This document shows positions 1 through 9,018 of a DNA stretch of 20,000 nt, one piece after another (the first letter of the stretch is position 1; each line of letters starts with the position of its first letter). The stretch lies in IMG/VR virus record IMGVR_UViG_3300032295_002297, one strand, 5' to 3'. The stretch is from an uncultured virus (IMG/VR IMGVR_UViG_3300032295_002297) (taxonomy: Duplodnaviria; Heunggongvirae; Uroviricota; Caudoviricetes). A program made the position numbers and the translations under genes. Below the pieces are notes generated by a model, which was not told the origin of the DNA, ran no database searches, and saw nothing but the letters and a program-made list of their open reading frames with translations.

Positions 1-96
1 TATGTAAAAAATACTGATAGAATTTCCAATAATTTTGAAATTTTGACAAGTAGAATGTTAGAATATGATTTATATAATCTAAATAATTTTTTATGA
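1..96 (+). CDS. 3' end of an upstream gene (partial, hypothetical)
   Basis: Frame 1 is open from base 1 (YVKNTDRISNNFEILTSRMLEYDLYNLNNFL). It ends in TGA at 94-96, overlapping the next ATG (93-95) in an ATGA junction. Confidence 0.65.
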   Translation, partial: YVKNTDRISNNFEILTSRMLEYDLYNLNNFL

Positions 97-884
97 AAAA
101 TATAAATAATTTAATAGTATGTGGGGATTCATTCACAGAAGGACATGAGATGGGAGAAACTGCATCTTGGGCACATTGGACAGCTGATAGTTTAAATTTA
201 AAATTAATAAATTTAGCATCGGGCGGAATGAGTAACGAATGGATTTCATTACAAACCATATCATTTTTACAAAAAAATCCCCATCTATGGAATAATTCAG
301 TTGTGATAATAGCATGGACTGAAATGATGAGGCAAATGATTCATTTTGATGATATGGGTGGTAAAATTGGAAAATGGATTTGGAGTGCACAACCAAATGA
401 TTTTATATCAGATGATTGTGGTGAAGATACGCCCGGTTATTGGATATATAATAATAAAAATGCATTATATCCATTTTTTTCTGATTTAAATTGGGCATTG
501 ATGAAAACATATCAATCAATGTTAATGGTTAAAACATTTTGTGATGCTAAAGGTATTCCATATATGTTTTTTGATGCTGTAAATGATAATAAACTTTATT
601 TTGAAAATGAAAAGGTTTATATTAGAGATTATAAATTTGAAAAAGAAGAATTTAATTTAGATAGTTCATTGGATTTTGTAAAAAACATAGTTGATATTGA
701 TATGGTAAATTTACTATTTGATGAAAGATATGTAGATGTTGATGGGACACCTATTTTACAATTTATACACAAATGGGGAGATGAAAGATATTGTGAGGGT
801 AATTCAGGCCATACTAATGTAATAGGTGCAAAAGAAGTTTCAAAATATATAGTTAAACATTATGAGAGAATATACAATAAATGA
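93..884 (+). CDS. SGNH/GDSL-fold hydrolase or acyltransferase-like protein, paralogue 1
   Basis: N-terminal CGDSFT (block I Ser), NLASGGMSN (block II Gly) and C-terminal SGHTN (catalytic His). Confidence 0.8.
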   Translation: MKNINNLIVCGDSFTEGHEMGETASWAHWTADSLNLKLINLASGGMSNEWISLQTISFLQKNPHLWNNSVVIIAWTEMMRQMIHFDDMGGKIGKWIWSAQPNDFISDDCGEDTPGYWIYNNKNALYPFFSDLNWALMKTYQSMLMVKTFCDAKGIPYMFFDAVNDNKLYFENEKVYIRDYKFEKEEFNLDSSLDFVKNIVDIDMVNLLFDERYVDVDGTPILQFIHKWGDERYCEGNSGHTNVIGAKEVSKYIVKHYERIYNK

Positions 885-1494
885 TAGTTGGGATTGGGTT
901 ACTCATTTTGAAAATGAAATAGCATCGTATTGCTGTTCAAAACATGCTATTGCATGTGATTCAAACTCAAATGCAATCCGTTTGGTTTTACATTATTTGG
1001 ATATACAAAAAGAACAAATTACTATACCTGCTAAAACCTATGTATCAGTTCCAAATCAAATTATATTAAGTAATAATATACCTGTATTTGAAGATTATGA
1101 TTGGGATGGTATGTATAAATTAGGAAATGTCCCAATTGTAGATGCGGCAACCGCATTTTATGAAGATATGTATGACGGTGAAAACTATATGATATTATCA
1201 TTTCATTTTAAAAAGATTTTAAACATTGGGACTGGTGGTATGATACTAACCAATGATGATGAATTCAATGAATGGGCAAGACCTATGATATACGATGGTA
1301 GAGATAAAACCAAATTATATTCAGATGATGATTTCCAATGTGTGGGTTGGCATATGTATATGAGTCCAGAGCAAGCTAAAAGAGGATTGGAAATATTTCA
1401 TTCTGATAAAATAAAATCATTCAATCCACATTGTGGTGGTAGTTGGATGTATAAAGATTTAAGAGAGCAAAAAATATATAAAGATTACATTTAG
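862..1494 (+). CDS. Short DegT/DnrJ/EryC1/StrS-family PLP-dependent aminotransferase
   Basis: FENEIASY..SKHAIACDSNSNAIRL, ITIPAKTYVSV, VDAA (PLP Asp) and LSFHFKKILNIGTGGMILTND (PLP Lys motif). Only 210 aa. Confidence 0.85.
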   Translation: MREYTINDSWDWVTHFENEIASYCCSKHAIACDSNSNAIRLVLHYLDIQKEQITIPAKTYVSVPNQIILSNNIPVFEDYDWDGMYKLGNVPIVDAATAFYEDMYDGENYMILSFHFKKILNIGTGGMILTNDDEFNEWARPMIYDGRDKTKLYSDDDFQCVGWHMYMSPEQAKRGLEIFHSDKIKSFNPHCGGSWMYKDLREQKIYKDYI

Positions 1495-1497
1495 GTT

Positions 1498-3423
1498 TTG
1501 ATTAATAAGTTACAAATATCGTTCGTTCAACCAAATTTCAGACAAGGGCCTGGTGGAATAGCTGCATATTTACCATATAGTTGTGGTTTATTGTGGGCAC
1601 ATGCTCAAACTAATGATTTGGTTAGAGATGGTATTAGACTTCATAGAATAATCTATAATAGAGAACCAATAAATGAATTGGCCACCGAATTATCTAAAAT
1701 GGATATAGTTGCATTTTCAACTTATGTATGGAATCGTAATTATAACTTTACATTGGCTAAAAAGATAAAAGAAATCAATCCAAACGTATTGGTAATATTT
1801 GGAGGACCAGAACCACCAATTACGGATTCCGAAATCTTTACTAAATGGATGCCATTTGCGGATTTGATTGTTAAAAGTGAAGGTGAGTTTATATTCACAA
1901 ACGTTTTAGAAAGTAGAGTAATAGGTAGATGGTATGATTTAATACCCGGCTTACTTATTAACGTAAATGGTGAGGTTTTAAATACCGGAAACGCCCTTCG
2001 TATTGAAACATTGGATGATGTTCCATCTCCATATCTAACGGGTGTATTTGACGATATAATGCCATTGGAAAACGAATGGAATGGAACATTGGAAACCAAT
2101 AGAGGGTGTCCATATAAGTGCACCTTTTGTGATTGGGGTTCTTTAACTTATAGTAAGGTAAAACAATTTGGTTTGACTAGAGTATTCCACGAATTAGAAT
2201 GGATGGCTGATAATAAGATAGGTTATTTGGATGTGGCTGATGCAAACTTTGGTATATTCGTTGAAAGGGATAATATGATCGTGGATAAACTAATAGAAGT
2301 TCAGAAAAGAACGGGTTATCCATATAGAACGGGATGGAGTTGGGCTAAAAATCAAAAATCTGAAGTAGTTGCAATAGCTAAAAAGTTAATTAATAGTGGT
2401 CACTTCAATAATGGATTAACTATTAGTTTACAATCATTAGATGAGAACACTTTAAAAACAATTAAACGAAGTAATTTAGGTATTAATAAAATATCAGATA
2501 TATTTGAGGAGTGTAGAATGATGGGAGTTCCTCTAAACACCGAATTAATCATTGGATTGCCTGGCGAAACATTGGAAAGTTGGACAGATACGATGTTTGG
2601 TGTGTTAGAAGTGGGACAGCATGATAGTATCGAAGCATGGCAGGCTCAAATATTGGAAAATGCGGAAATGAATCTATCACAAAGAGAATCTCACACAATT
2701 AGAGGACAATATGTGTATGATTATTTCCCCAATGCTTCGGATGATGAAGCACCTGAACATAGTGAGATAGTTGTATCAACATCTACTATGGATATTGATG
2801 AAATGATAGAGGCTTATAAGTTATCTTGGTTTTTAATAACTTGGCATACGGGTGGATTTTCTCAAATAGCTGCCAGATTCATTAGAAAGTATAAAGGTGA
2901 TACATATAAGGAATTTTATACTAAATTTAGAGAGTTTTTGAAATCGGATTCATTTTGGAAAGAGGAAGAGAATACTCTTAGTGAGATTATGATGAATTGG
3001 TTTGATAAAGGTGAGAGAATTGATACTATAGTAGGGCCGGTTCGTATAAACGCATCTACAAATCAATATAGAACCCTATTTAGAGTTCATTCCGATGAGA
3101 AGTATGAACATATGTATGATTTATTGGCTAGATTTATTGATACATACGAATTACCATCAGATATTACACATGATTTACTAATGTTAAACAAATGTGTGGT
3201 AGCTGAGCAAAGAAATTTAATAGATTATTCATTTAATATGAATTATAATTTATTGGAATATATTATAGATATGGATTCCCAATTAAACGAGGAAGAAACT
3301 ACTATAAAAATAACATATCCGCATGACCCAATTAGAAGTAAGGATTTGGCATGGTTTATGGAGAGCTTATTCTTTGCAAGAAGAAGAAGTTTTGGTAAAA
3401 ACTTTTTAGAAACGATAAAATAG
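1498..3423 (+). CDS. Cobalamin (B12)-binding domain radical SAM protein
   Basis: N-terminal B12-binding-type segment DIVAFSTYVWN...KKIKEINPNVLVIFGGPEP; ETNRGCPYKCTFCDWG (CxxxCxxC); DANFG; SLQSL...IKRSN; ELIIGLPGET. TTG start 3 nt after the previous stop. Confidence 0.9.
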   Translation: MINKLQISFVQPNFRQGPGGIAAYLPYSCGLLWAHAQTNDLVRDGIRLHRIIYNREPINELATELSKMDIVAFSTYVWNRNYNFTLAKKIKEINPNVLVIFGGPEPPITDSEIFTKWMPFADLIVKSEGEFIFTNVLESRVIGRWYDLIPGLLINVNGEVLNTGNALRIETLDDVPSPYLTGVFDDIMPLENEWNGTLETNRGCPYKCTFCDWGSLTYSKVKQFGLTRVFHELEWMADNKIGYLDVADANFGIFVERDNMIVDKLIEVQKRTGYPYRTGWSWAKNQKSEVVAIAKKLINSGHFNNGLTISLQSLDENTLKTIKRSNLGINKISDIFEECRMMGVPLNTELIIGLPGETLESWTDTMFGVLEVGQHDSIEAWQAQILENAEMNLSQRESHTIRGQYVYDYFPNASDDEAPEHSEIVVSTSTMDIDEMIEAYKLSWFLITWHTGGFSQIAARFIRKYKGDTYKEFYTKFREFLKSDSFWKEEENTLSEIMMNWFDKGERIDTIVGPVRINASTNQYRTLFRVHSDEKYEHMYDLLARFIDTYELPSDITHDLLMLNKCVVAEQRNLIDYSFNMNYNLLEYIIDMDSQLNEEETTIKITYPHDPIRSKDLAWFMESLFFARRRSFGKNFLETIK

Positions 3424-3427
3424 GATT

Positions 3428-4339
3428 ATGAAACATATATTATGCACGGGTTGTTCATTTACAAAGAATGTTAGGTTTAATCCCGATGCACCATTCAATC
3501 AAGGACCAGAGGATAGATATTCTTGGCCATATTACTTACAAAAAGAGTTGGGTGATGATGTATTGGTGTATAATTTGGGTGGAGCTACAAACGATAACGT
3601 TTCGATGTGTAGAATTATCTTTTATTGGATAAAAAAACTGATTAAGGAAGGAGTTGATGTAAAAGATATACATACAATCATCCAATGGTCAGACCCAACT
3701 AGACAATCTATATACATTACTAATAATAATCCTATAGAAATTATTGAAAAAGCTCATACACTTATGTATTGGGAAAATTGGAGAGAGGAAAATGCGTTAT
3801 TCTTTTTAACGGGTGGATATGCACCGCCGGATGATGCTTTGGCTGGGTTGGGTATTGATAACGCAGTAAAGTATTGGGAGTTGGAAGTAAATTGGGATAA
3901 CATTCTTAATCAAACAATCAGTTGGTTAGAGGCCTGGTCTCATTTGGTATTATTTTGTGACAAAAACGGAATTCAACATAATTATATGAGTATGAGGAAT
4001 CCATATTCATACGAAGCCAGAGAAGTTTTATTTGGAGCACCTGAAAACAATTCGGATATACCAACAAAAACAATATGGTTTGATAAGCATGAGATTCTTA
4101 AACCATATATTAACGAATTACCAATTGATAGTAAACTACATTGGCATTATAAAAATTACAATGGTTTATTAGAATGGACAATTGATAATTGTGAAGATAT
4201 TTTACCATTTCAGGAATCAAACGGATTATCATATAGTGAATATCTAAAAATACAACCAAATGGTTGGGGGCACCCATCACCTCAAATGATGGAAAAGTTT
4301 ATTAAAACGGAATTACTAAAGAATTTAAATATTAACTAA
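3428..4339 (+). CDS. SGNH-fold protein, paralogue 2 (GCS variant of GDS)
   Basis: CTGCSFT, SWPYYLQKEL, NLGGATNDN, IIQWSDPTR and C-terminal WGHPS. Confidence 0.75.
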   Translation: MKHILCTGCSFTKNVRFNPDAPFNQGPEDRYSWPYYLQKELGDDVLVYNLGGATNDNVSMCRIIFYWIKKLIKEGVDVKDIHTIIQWSDPTRQSIYITNNNPIEIIEKAHTLMYWENWREENALFFLTGGYAPPDDALAGLGIDNAVKYWELEVNWDNILNQTISWLEAWSHLVLFCDKNGIQHNYMSMRNPYSYEAREVLFGAPENNSDIPTKTIWFDKHEILKPYINELPIDSKLHWHYKNYNGLLEWTIDNCEDILPFQESNGLSYSEYLKIQPNGWGHPSPQMMEKFIKTELLKNLNIN

Positions 4340-4343
4340 AGTT

Positions 4344-5201
4344 ATGAAAATACATTGTTTTGGAGATAGTTGGACAGATGGTATAGGGGTTGAGTGGGCG
4401 CCTGGTATGGGTGCTATACCTTCGGCTGATAAGTATGATAAAGATTGGGATAGTGAAAAAAACAAATATTCTTGGCCAGGGCAACTTCAATCTTTGGTTG
4501 GAAATAATTTTATTGTAAAAAATAAAGGAATTTGTGGTTACTCTAATGATGAAATTTATAAAGAAATTATACAATCTATATGGAATGGAGAAATCCAATC
4601 AGGTGATTTAGTTATAACATCATTATCATCAATTATAAGACAACCATTGCATTTTTTATATACACAGCATGGTGTTGATGGATTCACCAGCTATTCAAAT
4701 GCAGTTTTTATGCATTATAAGAAGGGCTTTATGAATGATAAATTAAATTGGATTGAGAGTATAGAAAATGAAAAAATAAAAGATATAACACACGATGTAT
4801 ATATGGATTATATTGTAAATCGATTTGATTATGATTTACTATATGAAATGAATATGAATTATATTTGTAATTTACAAATTTATTTTGAAAAATTGGGAGT
4901 ATCTTATTTATTCACTAATGCATTTGAACAAAATTTATCAAAAACTATTTCCTTTCATAATCAAATAAAATTGGAACATTGGATAATGCCAGATTATAGT
5001 TTTCAGGAGTATTTGCTGGATGAATCAAAAAAAATAGATACTAAAAAACTTGGTTATTCTGTTTGGGAAGATGATATAATTAATGTAGAAAAAAATCAAG
5101 ATGGTCCGCATCCAAATAGAATAGGATATAAAATTATAGCTGAATTGGTATATTCGGAAATAGTAAAAAGAAAAATATTAAAAGATGCAAGTATTATATA
5201 G
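4344..5201 (+). CDS. SGNH-fold protein, paralogue 3
   Basis: CFGDSWTDG, SWPGQL, NKGICGYSN and canonical DxxH in DGPHPNRIGYKIIAE. Confidence 0.85.
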   Translation: MKIHCFGDSWTDGIGVEWAPGMGAIPSADKYDKDWDSEKNKYSWPGQLQSLVGNNFIVKNKGICGYSNDEIYKEIIQSIWNGEIQSGDLVITSLSSIIRQPLHFLYTQHGVDGFTSYSNAVFMHYKKGFMNDKLNWIESIENEKIKDITHDVYMDYIVNRFDYDLLYEMNMNYICNLQIYFEKLGVSYLFTNAFEQNLSKTISFHNQIKLEHWIMPDYSFQEYLLDESKKIDTKKLGYSVWEDDIINVEKNQDGPHPNRIGYKIIAELVYSEIVKRKILKDASII

Positions 5202-5910
5202 TCACGGTGATTCTGTAGTGTGGGGAGCTGAATTAGAAAATAAAAAAATAGAAAGATTTTCACATCATATTTCTAAGAAATTGGGTTTGATGGATTGTAA
5301 CAACGCATCTGCAGGAGTATCGAATGATTACATTTACAGACATACCATACGAGATGTTTCCCATTGGTTAAAAAATGGAGTTGTATGGAGTGAAGATGTG
5401 GGATGGGTATCTGCATCTAATCTTATAGTAGTGATAGGTTGGACTGCTCCTACTCGATTTGAATGGTGGGATGGTAATAAATACCAACAAGAAAGATTGT
5501 GGGTTGGATATGATAAATGGGGTGAGCCTGATAAAGATAGGACAACTGAAGATCAATTTGTTTTAAACCAAACTTCGGATATACCATCATATATCAGAAC
5601 ATTTAATCATATTATTTCCTTATCTGCGTTTTTAGAAAAACACAATATATCATATTATTTCTTCAATAGTTTTTACGAATACAAACTCCCAAAAGAACCA
5701 ACTGATTTAATCGATAATTATGGTAAACCGCATTTTCAGTTAGATTTACATTCATTATGGTCACAATTACCAGATGAATTTACATTTGGTAATATGTATG
5801 ATTATATAAAATTTATGGGTGAAGGATTTTTACCACGTAATCACCCAACAAAAGAAGCCCATAAAGAATGGAGTGAATTTTTAATAAAAGAAATAGATGA
5901 AAGAAATTAA
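5185..5910 (+). CDS. SGNH-fold protein, paralogue 4
   Basis: HGDSVVWGAEL, NNASAGVSN, VIGWTAPTR and RNHPTKEAHKEW. Confidence 0.8.
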   Translation: MQVLYSHGDSVVWGAELENKKIERFSHHISKKLGLMDCNNASAGVSNDYIYRHTIRDVSHWLKNGVVWSEDVGWVSASNLIVVIGWTAPTRFEWWDGNKYQQERLWVGYDKWGEPDKDRTTEDQFVLNQTSDIPSYIRTFNHIISLSAFLEKHNISYYFFNSFYEYKLPKEPTDLIDNYGKPHFQLDLHSLWSQLPDEFTFGNMYDYIKFMGEGFLPRNHPTKEAHKEWSEFLIKEIDERN

Positions 5911-6856
5911 AAAAAATACTAGGCTTACATTGTTATCTGATATTTTTTGTTATAAAGCAAAAGATTTTTATCTTTTAACAATTCCAAAAATAGCATCTTC
6001 GTGGGCTTATCAGTTATTTTTACATAACAAAGGGTTGAGAGATGTTCCGATTGAAGAAATTTATAAAAATGAAAAAAATACTGTTGATATTAATCAATTA
6101 AATTTTACAATACCACAATATGATGAAGAATTATCATTTGATGTATGTTCATTTACAAAAGATTGGAATCTATTATTGGAAAATAAATCTAACATTGATT
6201 TTATTTTTTTAATGAGAGACCCAATAAGTAAATTTACTACGGGAGTAATGCAAGATGTAATTTTTAATAATTTTAGTATGAGTTCACCTCATATTATAGA
6301 AATATTGGAAAAGTATCCAAATAAAGAAGAACTTAATCAATTTTATCAATTTAATAAATCTAAAATTACGGATGAAAATGAAGAATGGTGGAATATTTTA
6401 GATTTAAATTGGGATATTGCTATATACAATGTAATGTTTTTTATTGTAGAAAATATAATAGACAATTGGATAACAAATATAGAAAATATAATAGAATATA
6501 GAAAAGGACATAAAAATATGAACTTATTTTTTTATTATAAATTACTTTTTAATTCAAACATTGATAAAACTAAAATAAAAATTTTGGATATTGATAAAGA
6601 AAATACATACGATTATTTAATAAATAAATACAATTTAACTCTAACCAATTTGGAATCAAAATATAAATTCAATGAAACTGCATCTATATTTAAAAAGATT
6701 ATTAAAAAATCAATGTTAAAACATGAAGAACTTATGAGTTCAATTTTTTATGTAGATCTATTATTATATTGTGATATACATAATTATTTATATTTGGAAC
6801 AAATAACTCCTGAAAAAGTTTGGTTTGATAGTTTATTAAAATATAGAAATGAATAA
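5897..6856 (+). CDS. Divergent sulfotransferase-like protein
   Basis: LLTIPKIASS resembles the 5'-PSB loop (xIPKxAST). IFLMRDPISKFTTG resembles the 3'-PB motif (RDPxxRxxS), with substitutions. Confidence 0.5.
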   Translation: MKEIKKNTRLTLLSDIFCYKAKDFYLLTIPKIASSWAYQLFLHNKGLRDVPIEEIYKNEKNTVDINQLNFTIPQYDEELSFDVCSFTKDWNLLLENKSNIDFIFLMRDPISKFTTGVMQDVIFNNFSMSSPHIIEILEKYPNKEELNQFYQFNKSKITDENEEWWNILDLNWDIAIYNVMFFIVENIIDNWITNIENIIEYRKGHKNMNLFFYYKLLFNSNIDKTKIKILDIDKENTYDYLINKYNLTLTNLESKYKFNETASIFKKIIKKSMLKHEELMSSIFYVDLLLYCDIHNYLYLEQITPEKVWFDSLLKYRNE

Positions 6857-8534
6857 AGATAAATATATAATAGGAATATCAGCATTTTACCACGATTCAT
6901 CAGCATGTCTATTTAAAAATGGTAAATTAATGTTTGCTTGTGAAGAAGAACGATTTAGTGGAATAAAGCATGATAGTTCATTTCCAAAACATACTATAGA
7001 GTATATTTTAACCAAATATAAACTTAGTAAAGAAGATATACATGCGGTTTGCTATTATGAAGAACCTAAATTGAAATTTAAAAGAGTTTGGGACAATTTT
7101 AAAACAAACTTTTTTAAAGCACCAATTCATGTAACCAAATCTTTGGTTGAAATAACATCAAATAAAGTAAAAATACATAAATTACTTAAAACAATATCCG
7201 ATAATGTGTTTTATTCAGAACACCATAAATCACATTTATACTATTCTGTGGCTACATCTGATTTTTTAGAGTCGGATGTAATTTCAATTGATGGTGTTGG
7301 TGAGATTGATACCATATCGTATGGATTGCATAAAGAAAAGGTAATAAAATATAAAAGTTTAGCACAATATCCCCATTCTTTAGGATTATTCTATTCAGCT
7401 ATGACATCTTACTTAGGATTCAAACCAAATGAGGGAGAATATAAAGTAATGGGGTTGGCATCGTATGGTTCTAAAAGTAAATACACCAAATTAGTAGGAT
7501 CTTTAGTTAGATTTGGGGCTGGTAGGTTAAATTGCGATATGGATAAGTTTTGTTGGGATAGAGATGATAAATTAATGTTTAATCATAAGTTAATTGAACA
7601 TTTGGGTATCCTACCTAGAGATTCGCATGAACCAATTACCGCAGAACACGAAGATTTGGCATACGCAGTTCAGCAAGTGTATGAGGATGTTTTCTTTGCT
7701 ATCCTAAATCATATAAGTTCTCAAAGTAAAAACACAAATTTGTGTTTAAGTGGTGGATGTGCATATAATGGAACGGCAAATGGTAAGATAACTAAAAACA
7801 CAAATTACAAAAAACTATGGATACCATCCGCACCATCTGATGCTGGTTCTTCGATTGGAGCATGTATTAATTATCTTATCCAAACTGATGATACTTTTAA
7901 AGGAAAGGTTACTAGAAATCCATTTTTAGGACCTGAATATGGATATGGTAAGGTTGTGGAAACGATAAACCCATCTAAAATTGTAAGATATAATAGTGAA
8001 GAGGACTTATTAAGTAAAGTGGCAGAGGAACTACATAATGAGAAGGTAGTTGGGTGGTTTTATGGAAGTATGGAGTTTGGTGCTAGGGCTTTGGGCAATC
8101 GTTCAATCCTTGCATCACCTCTAAAAGCGGAAATGAAAGATAAAATCAATAAAGTGATTAAAAAGAGGGAAGGATTTAGACCATTTGCACCTATGGTATT
8201 GCAAGATGTGCAAGATAAATACTTCGAAACCAATGGAGATGTTCCATATATGAATCAAGTGGTTAATGTTAGAACGGAATATCAGAAAACATTAGGAGCT
8301 GTAACTCATGTGGATGGAACGGCAAGAATTCAAACCATATTTACTACATCAAATAATAGAATATACAGATTACTACGAAAATATGAAAAGTTAAGTGGGT
8401 ATCCAATACTTTTGAATACATCATTTAATGTAAAGGATAAAACTATGGTTTTAACGCCAGAGGATGCTCTGGAAACCTTCTACGATACGGAAATGGATGT
8501 GTTGGTTTTGGGTAATTATATTGTTTACAAATAA
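6849..8534 (+). CDS. O-carbamoyltransferase (NodU/CmcH/TobZ family)
   Basis: GISAFYHDSSACL, EEERFSGIKH, EHHKSH, DGVGE, EYKVMGLASYG, LSGGCAYN, PSAPSDAGSSIGA, EFGARALGNRSILA, IKKREGFRPFAP, HVDGTARIQT and LLNTSFN. Confidence 0.95.
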   Translation: MNKDKYIIGISAFYHDSSACLFKNGKLMFACEEERFSGIKHDSSFPKHTIEYILTKYKLSKEDIHAVCYYEEPKLKFKRVWDNFKTNFFKAPIHVTKSLVEITSNKVKIHKLLKTISDNVFYSEHHKSHLYYSVATSDFLESDVISIDGVGEIDTISYGLHKEKVIKYKSLAQYPHSLGLFYSAMTSYLGFKPNEGEYKVMGLASYGSKSKYTKLVGSLVRFGAGRLNCDMDKFCWDRDDKLMFNHKLIEHLGILPRDSHEPITAEHEDLAYAVQQVYEDVFFAILNHISSQSKNTNLCLSGGCAYNGTANGKITKNTNYKKLWIPSAPSDAGSSIGACINYLIQTDDTFKGKVTRNPFLGPEYGYGKVVETINPSKIVRYNSEEDLLSKVAEELHNEKVVGWFYGSMEFGARALGNRSILASPLKAEMKDKINKVIKKREGFRPFAPMVLQDVQDKYFETNGDVPYMNQVVNVRTEYQKTLGAVTHVDGTARIQTIFTTSNNRIYRLLRKYEKLSGYPILLNTSFNVKDKTMVLTPEDALETFYDTEMDVLVLGNYIVYK

Positions 8535-8538
8535 TTTG

Positions 8539-8547
8539 ATATTTATA
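8539..8547 (+). promoter_or_regulatory. ATATTTATA motif, copy 1 (candidate late promoter)
   Basis: Intergenic, 17 nt before the ATG at 8565; recurs before the next four genes. Confidence 0.55.
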
Positions 8548-8564
8548 TATACAAATAGAATAAT

Positions 8565-8930
8565 ATGGCTCAAATAAATTGGACAATCAGACAATTAGAA
8601 AGACACATTGTAAATGGTATCGTTACAAGAGTGTATTGGAAGTGTGAAGTTATAGATGGTATTTTTACAGCAGCTGCACAAGATGTTGTGACTATTTGTG
8701 ATGATTTAAGCACAGTTGATACTAATGCTGCTGAGTTTACACAATTTGAAAACCTAACTGAATCACAATTAGTTGATTGGGTTAAGGGTAAACTTGGAAA
8801 TGAGGAGGTAACAAACATAGTTAATGGATTAACCTATAATATAGATATTCAAAAGGATTACGCTACTAACTTTGTATATGGATTACCTTGGGAAGAGACT
8901 GTGACTGAAGAAGAAACAACCGAATCTTAA
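8565..8930 (+). CDS. Small acidic phage protein, possibly tail-fibre associated
   Basis: 121 aa with INWTIRQLER..NGIVTRVYW...FTQFENLTESQLVDWVKGKLG...GLPW, a pattern I associate with small phage proteins near fibre genes. It has its own upstream motif. Confidence 0.6.
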   Translation: MAQINWTIRQLERHIVNGIVTRVYWKCEVIDGIFTAAAQDVVTICDDLSTVDTNAAEFTQFENLTESQLVDWVKGKLGNEEVTNIVNGLTYNIDIQKDYATNFVYGLPWEETVTEEETTES

Positions 8931-9009
8931 GAATAGGATACACTAAATAATACTAATAGATTCCCAATACGATATTTTGAAAAAAAATTGTGTTTTGGGG
9001 ATTTCCCTT

Positions 9010-9018
9010 ATATTTATA
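9010..9018 (+). promoter_or_regulatory. ATATTTATA motif, copy 2
   Basis: Intergenic, 59 nt before the sheath ATG. Confidence 0.55.

Noticed and set aside
6785..6792. TATTTATA 56 nt upstream of the carbamoyltransferase start
   Set aside because: It lies inside a very AT-rich coding region and lacks the leading A, so it is plausibly a chance match.
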